Source of the DNA: the human T2T-CHM13v2.0 reference genome, Homo sapiens
Direction: 5' to 3' (one strand)
DNA: 64,000 nucleotides
NCBI RefSeq assembly: GCF_009914755.1
Contig: NC_060944.1
This document shows, in pieces, positions 29,480 to 46,009 of this stretch. The number at the start of each line of letters is the position of its first letter. The first letter of the stretch is position 1. Position numbers and translations under genes: made by a program. The notes under the pieces are model-generated. The model did no database searches and had not been told where the DNA came from. It was given only the letters and a program-made list of their open reading frames with translations.

Positions 29480-30035
29480 TGCCCCTGGGGATGTTTTGCA
29501 CCAAGCCACTGTCTCCAGCTGGGGACTAGCATCAGGAGAGCTCCTTTCTGTCTCCTAGGTCTGGAATGAAATGACGAGAGTGACCTTGGTCAAGTTTGAC
29601 TGCTCTGTATCCAGCCATCCTCATGTATAAAGAGGAGGAAAGGAGAGGCACTTCTGTTACTACCGACCAGTTACCAGGTGTGACATTGTGCAGGTCACTG
29701 CACACACTTAAAGCAACCAGATGTATATCCATAGTCATCGGTGTTTTATAGAACATAGGAATAGACTCACAGTCCATTCCCCTCCTGCAAGACTACATAT
29801 TCTATCGTAAAGGATGTGTCAAGGAAGAGCGTGTTGGAGTTCTGACTCTGGAGGTCCGCCAGCCAGAAAATGGCCTCCAGCCTCCCAGTCTCTTCCTGCT
29901 CATCAGCATAACCATCCTCCATCCATGAATCCCCACGGCTCACTCATTTTCTCTGCTAGTACTTAGTGAGCACTTCCTATGACCTGGGGATACAGCAGTA
30001 AATAAAACAGGCAAACACATTGGAGAGAAAGAAAG

Positions 30036-30300
30036 CCTGGGAGGCTGAGGTAGGTGGATCGTTTGAGTCCAGGAGTTCAAGACCAGTCTGGGTAACATGG
30101 TGAAACCCTGTATCTACAAAAAAAAAAAAAAAAGACAATATGGTGTGTGCCTGTAGTCCCAGCTACCTCAGAGGCTGAGACAGAAGAACCTCTTGACCTG
30201 GTGAGGCAGAGGTTGCAGTGAGCCGAGATCATGTCACCGCACTCCAGGCTGGGTGACAGAGAGAGAACCTGTGTCAAAAAAAAAAAGAAGAAGGAAGAAG
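30036..30300 (+). mobile_element. AluJ (5'-truncated)
   Basis: gggaggctgaggtaggtggatcgtttgagtccaggagttcaagacc..., A-rich tail. Confidence 0.8.
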
Positions 30301-30617
30301 AAAGGAAATATGGCATGTTGGGGATGGGGATGGAAGTGGGTTGCAATTGTTAAAAGGGTAGCCAGGGAAATCCTTACCGAGATTTTTAAGTACAAGTCTG
30401 AAGGAGGCAAGGGAGTGAGTCAAACATATACATGCAGGAAGGGCTCTCTAGGAGGCGAAAGCAGTGAGAGCAAAGGCTGGGAGCCAATGCAGGCCTGGTG
30501 GCTTCGAAGAACAGCAGAGGGCCAGCGTGGCTACGGCAGAGGGAGTCAGGGCAGTGTGCTAGGAAGTGAAGGCAGGGAGATGCAGGAGGTGTGGATTGTT
30601 GGGGCGTCACAGGCCGT

Positions 30618-31455
<838 letters not shown>

Positions 31456-34400
31456 CCTGTCCTCTGTCCCCAAGACTCCTGTCCCTTGTGCATGCAAAAC
31501 ACATTCACCCCTGTTGAGATCCCTTCATGCTCACAGTCCCGAATCTCATCTAAATCGGGTTTAGGTGTAGAACAGATTTCTTTGGATGTTCCTCTGATCT
31601 GGAAAACTAAAGATACAAGCTATCTGCCCCCTACATATGCAACACACAATGGTGGGTGAAGCTGGAGACATCGCTGTTCAGAAAGAGGTAGCAGGGGAGG
31701 GATGAAGGAATGGTGGTTCTGAAATCCAGCTGGACAGATGCTGGTGTTCCCTAAACAGGTTTTAAGATGTGGGAAGATTCCATGTCTCTTGGCTCTGCCT
31801 TCTGGGCTTCTGCCTCTGGGTCATCCTTCTTTTCTCACGAAAGATCCACGTGTTTGCAGCCAAGTAGTTTTATCAGCCTTCTTCTTGACAGCAGAGTTTG
31901 GGGGCTCTGACAGTCTTCTTTCATTTTGCACTCTGTCCCCTACAGACCAATCTGCCAGCACTGTGGGTGAAACAGCTTTCCCAAACCCTTTGCCTGTCCT
32001 CTGTGGGTTTCAGTGGGGCTCATAGTCGATTTGTCAAGAGCCATACCCATGAATCTTTTAGAGATAAACTCTACCTTTCTACCTTCAGCTCCTGCCAAGA
32101 TGGCCCCCAGGGTAACTCACTGAAGCTTCCCAGGGGCCCTAAGGTTTGGTGGAGAGGTTCTGCATGGTACACCCTTATAATCTCTTGCAACAGACCTCTG
32201 TGTGACTCATTGCTACTCCCATCCTTTGATCTTTATGCATAATCACAAAAGACTGTACAGTTACACCCTATGCCACATGCTCAGAAGCCATTTGTTAATT
32301 TCAGCATCTTTTGCCATGTGGGGAGACTGACAATTTTCAAAATCATCAAGTCCTGATTCAATTTTAACAGTTTAAAAACCAGTCTGTTTCTCAATTTATC
32401 TCTCTTCTCTCACACTATATTATAAGCAGTAAGAAGAAACCAGGCAGCATCCTCAACATTTTACTTGGAAATCTCCTCAACTGCATACCCAATTTATCAC
32501 TTACATGATGTGTTTTCCACATAACTGCAGGAGACCATTTTTCTAAGCTTTCTGCTCCTACCTAACAAGGATCCCTGTCCTCCAGCTTCTAGTGCGAAAA
32601 TCCTCACTGCCTTTGAGCAGTGGCGAGTCCTCCAAGCCCAGATATCTAGCAACAGTCTGCTCACCTTAGAGTCTGTCTGTCACCACCTGGGCCATTTCTA
32701 AGGGACCAGAGCTTTCCTCTGAGATGAGGCTTTGAGCTGAGGAGCCACATGATCTGACATGGTTAAGGATGCCTCTGGCTTCCCTGTTGAGAATAGACTG
32801 AAGGGGCAAAAATGGAAGCAGAAGAGCAGTTAGGAGGTTCCTGTCAAACCCACGTGGAAGGCAGGCTCTGGGCTGTGTTACTGGACTAACACTAACACCG
32901 TCCCCTTGCACTTCTGAGGGTCCCTGGAACTTCCCCAGGGGATGAGACTCCTGGCTAGCAGGACTCAGCCCCTCCCCTTCAACTTTACTCAGGACCTGGT
33001 CTCCCCTCCTTAAGGTCTCTGGAGCCCAACGCACACTTCAGCCCACTCTCACAGGCATTCTCTCTGTCCACAAAATATCACCGAAGAGTCTTCTGTGAGT
33101 GCAACATGGTGTGAACACTGGGAGTACAAGGAGAAATAAGACACAGTTGCTGTGCTGGAGAAGCTTGTGCCCAGTGGTGGTGATACTGCCTGAGGTGAGA
33201 CCACTATGCCAGCACAGGAACAAAGACGGCAGGGGCACAGGGCAATTCAGGGGTGCAGATCTGGAGGCATCCAAGAGGCTCCTAAGCCTCAGTGTATAAA
33301 CTGACAGGTCACAGCCTGCTCTAGGAAACACCTTCCTAAGGGTTGGAGTTATCTCTGTGCATCCCATCCCCACCCCACCAAGCCGCCCTTGGCCCTGCCC
33401 TCAGGAGCTTCTGCTTGGCCTTGCTAATTCCTCTCTTCTCCCTGAAGCTAGAGTGAGGTACCTCTTGGCAGCCTTTGTATCTAGAGAGAGCCGTCCAATA
33501 GAAACATAAGGTGAGCAACATGCTTAATTTTAACATTTCTAGTAGCTACATTAAACATTTTTAAGTGAAATTAACTTTAATAATACATTTACTTAACCCA
33601 ATATATCCAAAAGATTATCATTTCAACATGCAATCCTATTTTAAAAATAACTAGTGAGGTACCTGACAAAAAAAATCCCTTTTCATACTAAGTCCAGAAG
33701 ATCTTTGTGTATTTTATACTCATAGGACATCTGAGTTTGGATGTTACCTTTTTATTGGAAATATGGGATCTGTACTTAGATTTCACTGAATTTACATTGA
33801 AAAGGTAGGTTCACATACCCAAGTTGTCTCACACATACCTAAATGTTTTCTGGTAACTGGATGGAGTATCAGTTTTTATATTTATCTTTGCATTAGCTAA
33901 AAAACAAATTAATAGTTCAGGTCCTCAGCCGCACGCAGGCAGTTTTCTCCACCGTCCAAATGGTTGCCCGAATTCACCCAGACCCCGCCGTCCTCCGCTT
34001 TTTCATGCAGACATTCAAACAACTGCCTCCCTTCCTCCTGGCACCCCCATCCCATCGCCAGCAGCCTCCGAACCAGTTTCCCTCCTGTCCCCATCTCAGC
34101 CACCCATGACTCACACACACATCTGTCTCCCCTGGCCCACTTTTCATCTAGTCCTCATAATCTATGCATAAACATTAACATACCACAGAGTCAATCTGCA
34201 TACTGATTACTTCTGCTCTGGTCAAATTCTTGCTTTCAGGATCAGGAGGCTTTCTCCCCACACCAAACTGGGCCTGAGGAAATAGTGTCTTGTCTTCCTG
34301 TCACCCCTCCCGTAGTTGCATGTCTAATGAGACAAGGGGTGTCTCAGGTGAAGCAGGACAGGGAGGATGCCAGCACTTGGGTGGTAGAGGTTTGAGGAGT

Positions 34401-34835
34401 GCCTGTTGGGGGATGTGTTGGGGAAGGAGGACTTTTCACATATGGCTCATTGTGTCGGGATGATTTCGTTGTTAAATAAGCACCTACAGGATGATTTCAC
34501 ATTCCATACTTCTAAGTTTTTATAATTTAAATTCTTTCCGCCAGGCTGGGTTTTTTTTTTTTTTTCCAAACTTTAAATCTGTGGCTAGAATTGGTTTGAT
34601 TTACATAATCCTGCCCCTGAGATTTAGCCCCACCCCTGAGAGCCCCCTCAGAGCCACCCACAGCCAGGACACCTCTGCTGGCCTCCCCTTCCCCAGCCTT
34701 CCAACTTGTGGCAGGCCCCTGGCTCTGGCCTCCCCCTATATGGGAATGAGCCAGCTGCACCGCTGCTGACAGTGGCTGGGATAATCCTCCCTGAGCTGTT
34801 CCAAGGATTAGTCCTGCTGCCCTGTGCCCAGCTCC

Positions 34836-36306
<1,471 letters not shown>

Positions 36307-36814
36307 TTTGTTTATAGTTGGTTACAGCAACTGCCTTCTTTTAATTAAAACACTCCTGCTGCTTCATGTTGCTGGAATGCTTGTAACCCTGCCCTGCTTC
36401 ACCAGGGTAACTCCTACTTGGCCTTTAAGTTTATCTCTGCTGTCACACCGTCCAGAAAGCCTTCTCCCAGCACCACAACCCCTCCACCAAGGGTTAGGTG
36501 TCTCCAGCAGATGCTGCACAGCTGGCTGCCCTTTGCCCACCCTCCCCTTCTTTCTCATAGAATCCTAGGACTCCTCTGTATCTAGAAGGAGTTGTGTGGT
36601 CCAGTGCTGGCCAAGAAGATGTGAGAGCAAGTCGCTGGGTGGAGATTCTTAGGAAAACTTCTTAAAAAGAACGAGACTGGGCTCCTTTCTGCCTTTTACC
36701 ATTTTTGTGTATGCTTGCCTTCTTCCCACCTGGGACTCTGATGCAGCACCTGTGAATGGGCACACATATTACAACTCTTAGGCTGAAACCCACGTTCTCA
36801 GGCAGAGGTCTCTT

Positions 36815-37395
36815 GTGGGCATTTAGTGCTATAAATGTCTCTTTACACACTGCTTTAAATGCGTCCCGGGTCTTAGGGTATATACCAAAAGGATTATAAA
36901 TCGTGCTACTATAAAGACACATGCACATGCATGTTTATTGTGGCAGTATTCACAATAGCAAAGACTTTGAACCAACCCAAATGTCCATCAATGACAGACT
37001 GGATTAAGAGAATGTGGCACATATATACCATGGGATACTATGCAGTCATTAAAAAGGATGAGTTCATGTCCTTTGCAGGGACATGGATGAAGCTGGAAAC
37101 CATCATTCTGAGCAAACTATCACAAAGACAGAAAACCAAACACTGCATGTTCTCACTCACAGGTGGGAATTGAACAATGAGAACGCTTGGACGTGGGGCA
37201 GAGAACATCATACACTGGGGCCTGTCAGTGGGTGGGGGGCTGGGGGAGGGATAGCATTAGAAGAAATACCTAATGTAAATGACAAGTTGATGGGTGCAGC
37301 AAACCAACATGGCACACGCATATCTATGTATCCAACCTGCACATTATGCACATGTACCCTAGAACTTAAGTATATAAAAAAAAAGAAAAAAAAAA
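36815..37395 (+). mobile_element. Short L1PA 3' end with an inverted 5' piece
   Basis: 36877-37395 is a sense L1 3' end (TDWIKRMWHIYTMGYY, poly-A). About 36815-36870 is antisense ORF2 (DAFKAVCKETFIALNAHKR on the - strand). Confidence 0.8.
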
Positions 37396-39159
37396 TCTTT
37401 CACCTTTTTCCAAAGTGTTGGGATTATGGGTGTGAGCAACCACATCTGGTCCTTTTTTTTTTTTTTTTAATGGAGGTGAAATTCACATAAGTTTGACCAT
37501 TTTAAAGTGAACAATCAGTGGCATTCAGTACATTCACCATGTTGTGCCAACACTATCTCTATGTAGTTCCAAAACATTTTCATCAGCTCAAAATGAAACC
37601 TTGTACCCATGAAGCAGCCACTTCCCATTCTCCCCTCCCCTTAGCCCCTGGAAATCGGCTTTCTTTCTCCACGGATTTACATATTCTGTATATTTCCTAT
37701 AAATGGAATTACACAATAGGTGACCTGTGTCTGGCTTCTTCCACTTAACCTAATGCTTTTGAGGTTCTGTCACATGGTGCCATGGATCAGCTCTGCCTTC
37801 CTTTTTATGACTAATACTCCACTGTATGTCCATATCACCATTTGTGTATTCACTCATTAATCTGTGGACACAAGCCTCATTTTTAAGCACTTCAAATATG
37901 TTAACTCACTGAATCCTCACCACAAAGATAGATGCAGTTATTACATATTGACAGAGTGAAAACTGAGGCACAGGTAACATGCCTAGGATCACGTGGCTAT
38001 GAAGCAGAAAGAGGACTCCAGCCGAGGCAGTCTAGTCCCAAAGTCCTTCCCTTCCTAGTAACCACTATGCTCTCCTGCCTCTCAGAGAACAACCCACATA
38101 GCACAACACGAGGGCTAAGCTGTCTGGTCTGTCTGGTGAAGCTTCAAATGCTGTTCATTTCAGATAAGGGGAGGTTCCTGGCCTGCAGAGGCTTCCTAGA
38201 GGAGGAAGACCATGTAAGGTCTAACTCAGGGCAGGTCAGGATGGTGTGAACTCACTCTGAACACAGTCACCGATGGGTGTTTATGAAAACTGGCTCTGGA
38301 ACTCCCACAGGGAAGGTTCTTATCTTTGCGTGCACAACACAGAGCCCTCTGGGTAGACTTCTAGACCCAGGCCTCTTTCAAATACATTAGAAACCTCAGC
38401 AAGATAAACTATTTTCTGTCTGGCTGCATCTGTCTATCTGTTTAGAGAGCAGGACATTTCCATCCTCCTCTCTCCAGGCATCCTTGGAAGTCTTTCCCAC
38501 AAGCAAGACATCTTGGTGAAATTTAATGCTGCGGAGGGAAGTGGTTTTCAGGAGAGAGGAGTCTGTTCCCAGAACTGTAGCACAAAAGCTAGCGGCTGAG
38601 TAGGAACATCTTAAACTAAGTCCTCAGTCTTATTTCCAGTTTTCTTCCTGTAGATCGGGGCTTAGGACACCCTGTCACATTTTCTTCACTCCTCCACCAG
38701 GAATTCCTAAAGTCCATGCTCTTGGATCCTGGCAAATCCAGGAGGCTGGGGGATGTGGCAAGCTTCAGCAAGACTGCCTGGGACCAACCCTGCAGCCTTA
38801 ATTTCCCAGGCCCGCTCAGCCCAGCTGGCCAGCAAAGGCAGGCAGAGCTTCCGTGTCCACACATGAGAATGACCTGCAGCTGTTCTTTGTCCAGGCTGAG
38901 GTCCAGGATTCCCATTGCAGCTCCTAGGAAATCTTTAAAATTAGGTCGGGGATGAGCCTGTCAGTAGATTAGGTAGGGAACTTTTATGAAGTTGAGGGTG
39001 AACCATCTGGAGGGTGAACTGGCTGGTGTGATTCTAGAACTGGGGGTGGTGCCTAGCAGTGCATTTGTGAGAAGACACAGCCAGGCTTGGTATATGATGT
39101 GGTGTGTTTGTATATTCACAGGCATCGTGGAGCATATACACTTTTTTTGTGTGTGTTGA

Positions 39160-39483
<324 letters not shown>

Positions 39484-39774
39484 GATTACAAAATACTTTG
39501 ACATCTTTTCTCTACAGCCCTCAAAAGGAGGCAGGGCAAGCACAATTAAATCCCATTACAAATGGGGTGACTGAAGCTCCATTCATGGCTTGCCCAGGGT
39601 CACACAAAGAATGAATAGCAGAGCCCTGAGCCCGTGTGCTTCCCTCTGTGCCAGGCTGCTTTACCCAGGCATGGGTGCACCTTGTGCATGGGACATTTCT
39701 CCTTTGTTGTGTCCTGAGTACCTTAAGCCACTCAGATATTGCTCAGGTGGAGTGAGGGGAAAATGTTTTCAGGT

Positions 39775-39990
39775 TGTATTAGTCAAAACAAAATACCACA
39801 CACTGGGCGACTTTAAAATCATACATTTATCCCTCACAGTTCTGGAGGCTTGGAAGTCCAAGTTCAAGGTGGCAGCTGGACGGGTTCCTGGTGAGGGCTC
39901 TCTTCCTGGTTTGCAGACAGCCACGTTCTCTTCGCATCCTCACTTGGTGGGAAAAGACAGAGGAGAGAAAGAGAGAGAGAGAAATGAGAT

Positions 39991-40029
<39 letters not shown>

Positions 40030-40195
40030 CAGAGAGACAATGCTCTCTTTTCTTACCAGATCTATAATGAGGGCCCCACCCCATGACCTCATCTAACCGT
40101 AATTACCTACGAAAGGCCCATCTCCACATACCATCACATTAGGGGTTAGGGTTTCAACATAAGAATTTGGAGAGGACATAAACATTCTGTCTACA
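39775..40195 (-). mobile_element. MLT1A-type LTR with internal (GA)n
   Basis: acagttctggaggcttggaagtccaag...gtgagggctctcttcctggtttgcagac...ccatcacattaggggttagggtttcaacat. Confidence 0.75.
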
Positions 40196-40359
40196 ACATG
40201 AGTGGAGATCCATCTCTTCCTTACCTCTGGTAAGGGGACCACACGCTGCAGCCAGTGAGACAGTGGCATGTTCTTGTTACAACTCGATCTAACTCCCCCA
40301 GAAGAGGAGGCAGGGAAGGCGGACAAAACTGGGAGAGGGAGAGAGTATTAGGAAGAGAG

Positions 40360-40549
40360 TAGGGTGGCCAGAGGCAGCAAATAAAATATAAAATGCTTAA
40401 TTTTGAATCTCAGATAAACAACCAATAATGTTTTTTAGCATAAGTATGTCCCAAACTAAGCTTGGGAAATATTTATGCTACGAAATTATTCGTTGTTTAT
40501 CTAAAATTCAAACTAACTGGGCATCCTGTATTTTAATCTGGCAACCCTA
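40360..40549. mobile_element. MER53 palindromic hAT MITE
   Basis: TIRs tagggtggccaga ... tctggcaacccta; internally self-complementary. Confidence 0.8.
40389..40526 (-). ncRNA. MIR1302: MIR1302 precursor; mature miR-1302 at 40454-40434
   Basis: The - strand contains TTGGGACATACTTATGCTAAA within a 138-nt hairpin. Confidence 0.88.
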
Positions 40550-41089
40550 AAAGGCAAGGGCCAAAAATGCCGGAGGGAAGCCAACGGATTCCAGGAGGGA
40601 CAACTGCTGGACTTTGGACTGATGATGCTCTTTTTATACATTTAACTTTTTAAAAAAGCCTCTTTTCTTTCTTTTTACCAGCTTTTCACTAGCTTTTTAA
40701 AAATTGTGGTAAAACATACATAACCTAAAATTCACCGTCTAAACCATTTTTCAGCATACAGTTCAGTGGGATTAAGTAGATTCACACTGTTGTGCCGCCA
40801 TCACTACCACTCATTTCCAGCACCCTTCCATCACCCCAGCCTGAAACTCTACCCATTGAACACGAGCTGCCCAACTCCGCCTTGCTTCCCCATTCCTGGC
40901 GACCACTGCTTCTGTCTCTGTGAATTTTGACTATTCTAGGCACTTCACAAAACTGGACTCATACGATATCTGTAGTTTTGCGTCTGGCTTCTCTATTTAA
41001 TTCTTAAAGGCGGGTGGGAACTAAGCAGATCACAAGGGAGCTGCCCACAGAGGTAAAGACAAGGTCAGGTAGGCTGAGAGATGCAGGAA

Positions 41090-42180
41090 AGCGGGGCAAG
41101 GTGTAGGGCTGGAGGGCAGGGGCGGGCCCTGGACCTGGGCTGGGGGTCCTGCCCCGGGGCGCACCCAGGGCGAGGGCTGCCCGGAGGAGCCGAGGCTGGC
41201 GGACAGCTTGGCCCTGAGCTTGAGGGGAAGGCAGGGATGGGACAAAGGACGGAGGTCTGGGAAGAGGGTCTGCAGAGCAGAAAGCACGGGTAGGGGCGGC
41301 CTGACGCTCGGAAGACAACGCATGGGAGCCGTGTGCACGTCGGGAGCTCGGAGTGAGCGTGAGTTCCGTGCCCAGGCCCGCGACTCGGCCCGACAGGACA
41401 GCGCTCCGGGTCGACGGGGTCCTGGAGCCGCGCTCGGGGAGGGCGCAGCGGAGGGCGAGCGGCGGCGTTAGGACCCGGAGGCGCGGGCGGACTGTGAGCG
41501 GCGGGGCTAGGACCCAGCGGCTCCGGCAGAGCGGAAGCGGCGGCGGGAGCTTCCGGGAGGGCGGCTCGCAGGTGAGGAGGCGTCCGGGGCCGCGGGAAGT
41601 AGGGTCGTGGGGGCCTGGCGGGGCGAAGTAGGGGACCCGGAGGGGCTGGAGGGAGGCGGGCGGGAGGCCCGGGACCGTTCCTGACCGAGAAGCCTGCGCC
41701 AAGCTGGTGTTCCGCGGCCGCTGCCCGGTGCCCGGCTCCACTGCGAACGCCGCGGCTGGGCCCCGACCGCCCGGGAGGCGTCTTGGGCTCGCCCCGGAGC
41801 TTCCTCCCTGGAGCCGCGCCCTGCACCCGGCCTTGCCCGGCCCTAGCAGGGAAGCCAAGGCTTGTGGGGCGCAGGGACCCGGGCTCTGCGGGGTCCCGGT
41901 TCCGCCTCCCCACTCCTGCGTCTTCCCGCCCCGGCCGGGTTCTGGGAAGCCTCGCGCGGCTCTTCCGCAGCTGCTGCCCGCCCGGAGCTCCTGGTCCCTC
42001 GTAGGGGACCCCACTTTTCTGACACCGCGTTGGGTTCCCGGGGCCTACAGCGAGGCCTGTAACTCCGGGAGAGACCTTGGAGCGGGGTGTGGGAGAACGG
42101 TCTGGAGGAAGGGCTCCGAGCACTTCGAAAGTATAAACCGCGGTCCCAAAGAGGCGTGCTGTGTCTGCATTTTCCTGGGA
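41090..42180. promoter_or_regulatory. CpG-island bidirectional promoter (WASH on +, MIR1302 host on -)
   Basis: Dense CpG, GC boxes, ETS-like gcggaagcgg and cttccggg near 41531-41557. Confidence 0.85.
41522..41571 (+). other. WASHC1: WASH non-coding first exon (start approximate)
   Basis: Ends at donor ggctcgcag|GTGAGG (GT at 41572). Confidence 0.7.
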
Positions 42181-43666
42181 GTGCACGGTTTACATTCTGT
42201 AAAGCAGTGTTGTCGACTAGAAATATTGTGCGATACACATGTACAAGTTTTGTCACTTAAAAAGAATTTGAAAAAACTTCATAGATGCAAAAAAAAAAAA
42301 AACCAAACCACCATTATTAAAGAATACTTAGGCATTTGTGGAATGCATTGAAGAGTTAACAAAATGGATAGGCAGGAAATATCGCAGACCTAGAATGAAT
42401 TACAGTTACCCACTGTGGAACTGAGGAGCTAGGGTTTCTCATAAAACTCCCTGATAGAAGACGACTTTTGATAAAATTTTTTTTCCGCCAACAAAATCCC
42501 CTGTCTTCTCAACTAGTTATTGTCTGTCCACTAAATAAGAGGTGGTCCGTCACTTCTTCAGATGAGCAACTACAGGCTTTTCAAAAGATAATTGCTAATC
42601 AACCCCTTTGTGCCTGGGTTTTCTTATTTGTAAAAATAGATACTACTATCTAACTCCAAAGTGTGTGGTGAAGACAAACAATTGGGGTGATGTATACAAA
42701 AGTAACGAAAGTGTTGACCACACACTACGGGCTGGTTAGTGTTAGATTCCCTTGTTTTTCCCTCAGTATCAAAAACAGATCTAATTTAGGTTTACATAAA
42801 GACAAAGTATGAAGATAAGGTGACTTACAGTTGGTACTACTAACAAAATGTTTGGGCTAAGATTTGCATTATTGCATGAAAACAACAAAACATATCAATA
42901 AATAACAAAAAGCTTGGAATTCAGACAACAGATCCAAGTCTGGGCTTGATCTCAAGCTAGTGTTTTGATGTTGAAAAAATGTTATTTGGTCTTTCTAACC
43001 CCATTTCCTTATGTAAAATTGGGGATGATGATAAATTCACTGATAATAAGAGTTAAATGAGATTCTTGAGGAGTCAGAATGGTTCTAACATGTGTAGGTA
43101 TTATTAGCAGTCATACTGTAGCATAAGAAAATACCGTCTGCTGAAAGAGGGACAATAAAGATTATCTACATGGTCATCATTTAAAAGCTACCAGATATAG
43201 GAAGAAGGGGCCATAAAATGATAACGTTATGATGATTAATTTTGATGCTTAGGTCAGAGTCCATTCTAGGATATCTGCTGCCCAAAAACAGCAGAGACTC
43301 ATTTCTTTGGAATCACAGGACGCTGAGTGAGAGGAAACAAAAAGAAAAGAAATATTTAAGTCACATATGTGATTTCTAAAAGTAAAAAGAAACAGATGAA
43401 ATTAGTGATATATTTTTAAAATCCAGTATATCCCAAATATGGTTATTTTAGCATGTAATCAATATAAAATAATAAGATATTTTACATTCTTTTTTTCTAG
43501 CCTTTGAAATTTGGTGCATATTTTACACTTATGGCACATCTCAATTCAGACTATCCACATTTCAAGTGCTCAGTGGCTGCATGTGCCTGGTGGCTACCAT
43601 ATTGGACAGCACAGGTCTAAGGATTTCATTCCTGCCACAAGTCCAAACTCCTAGCTTTAATTTTGA

Positions 43667-44105
<439 letters not shown>

Positions 44106-46009
44106 GAGAGGCACACATTCTGCTAAGAGCTTTTTCCTGACTCCCCTAACTCCAAGAGGGATTTGTCACTCCTTAGCTTTGTACTCATGACTGGAGTAGA
44201 ATGAATTTAATTTGAGTTTAGTTGTTTTTGAGACTCTCCCTGGCTAGTGTAGTGTCTTATTCGTCTTTGTTGTGATCATGGCCTGCACCTAACAGATGAT
44301 CAGTAGATGTTTGCAGACAGAAAGTAAACCACTCATCAGGTGTATTCAGTCCCATTCTTGAACGGGCTTGCTGCCTCCTTTTTGAGGAGATCTGTGTATG
44401 TACTCTTCTTTCACGCATATGTGTGAGCAAACACACACACACTAACAAGAAATTCATCTGAAGATGTGCACAGGAAATATCTTGCATCTTTACCCCCTTT
44501 GTGATCTTACATATGGGAGAACTGAGGCACAGAAATAAGTTAGGACAGCCAGCAAACTTGCATCAGTATAAATACAAAGAAGGGGAGGGAGGAACATGCT
44601 TGAAAGGGGTGTGCTGGTCTCAGAGGGTTAGGTTTCTCAGTTGGCTGGGCATCAGCTGGCCATGCTTTAGTTATTTGATGGGAGGAAAAATAAGTGGGAG
44701 GTGAGGAGTAACTCCTGGGCTCTGATGAGTATTCAAGGCAAGTACAGATCTGGAAAGCCTGTATGCAAAGGAGGAACTCACTGAAAAGTGCTGGCCTGAG
44801 GAGGGCAGAAGGGAGGGCTGGGGAAGCCAGCAGCGGGAGCAAAGGAGTAGGCTCCAACTGGGTGAAGATGTTGGTGTGGTGCATTATGTAAAATATACAA
44901 ATTATTATTGGGAATAACCACGTCTCAGCAGTGCTAGTTCTCAGTTTGGAGAATGGGAAATCGAAAGGATCAGATTCAGAGACGGCAACTTACTCAAGGT
45001 CACAGCATTTTAAACCCAAATGAAATCTCCTAGGCCCTTCATGCCACACTCATCCATCCCTACCTACTTGTGTTGCAACCAAGGGCCCCACTGTAGTGCC
45101 TAGGGGAGCAGGTCTAGGGCACAGTGCCAGGCCTGATTAATGTCTTCCTTACCATTTTCCAGCGAGGGGCTGTGATTAGGCCTATTTATAGGGGCCTGGT
45201 CCCTTAATATTCTGCCTGGTGCATCTCTTGCCAATCAAATCAGTGCTGTCTGCAGTGTGATTGCTGCTTTAGTGGCACCAGGGAGAGGAGTTAATTAAAC
45301 CCAATATAAATAGACTCTGCCCTCACTTTGCGATTCCAGGAGTGTTTTTCCTTCCTGTCCTCCACCCCCACAGGCACCTCTTTCCTCTTGGCCCCCTAAG
45401 CTCTAGCCTGGGTGAGCAGGGCTGGATACTCCTATACCTAGAGTCACTAGCCACTGCCCAGTCTGTTTCAGGAGCAGGCCTCAGATTCCTCAGGGGTTAA
45501 AGTGGGAAGAACCCGTGTGTGCACATTTTTTGTGCTTTTCCAGAACTGGGTACCATTTGGCAGTTGATCAGGCAATCTCCCCCGCTACCCCATTTCTACC
45601 CCTTTGTTTCCAGCCTCTTTTTTCCTCTGCAACCAAGGTTTCTTGTTTATCCAAGGTGGGGAGCTGAGCTGAGACACGGTATGGAAAGGGTGCCTGGCAG
45701 GTAGCAAGCACCTTGTAGGGGGTCAGAAATGTTGCACCTTCTCTGAACTCCTCCATTGACCCTACAGATTCCCCAGTCCCGGGCCCTGCCCTTTCCCTCA
45801 TTCACTCAGCAGGCATCAGCAGAATCCCATCTATGCGCTCCTGGCCTCTCAGCAAATGCTCTGTCCCCTACTCCCCTATCTGTGCAGGCTGAAGCTATGT
45901 GCATAGTTGGGATGAGGGCTGTGTTGTCTCAACACCACGCTGCCCTGTGGTGGGGGCGTGCCGGTGGTCGTGGGTGGCTCTGATGCTCCGGCTCCGACCC
46001 ACAGGCACC

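Larger units (their letters stand above)
39780..41338 (-). ncRNA. MIR1302 host lncRNA (MIR1302-2HG-like), divergent from WASH
   Basis: Minus-strand donor near 40852 and a 104-nt internal exon 40328-40225 with AG/GT flanks. Position matches the known subtelomeric block; outer ends approximate. Confidence 0.55.

Noticed and set aside
40138-40153. ttaggggttagggtt as an interstitial telomere seed
   Set aside because: Normal part of the MLT1A LTR sequence.
41004-42351. ORFs of 200-370 aa over the WASH promoter
   Set aside because: Expected in a CpG island depleted of stop codons; no recognisable domain.
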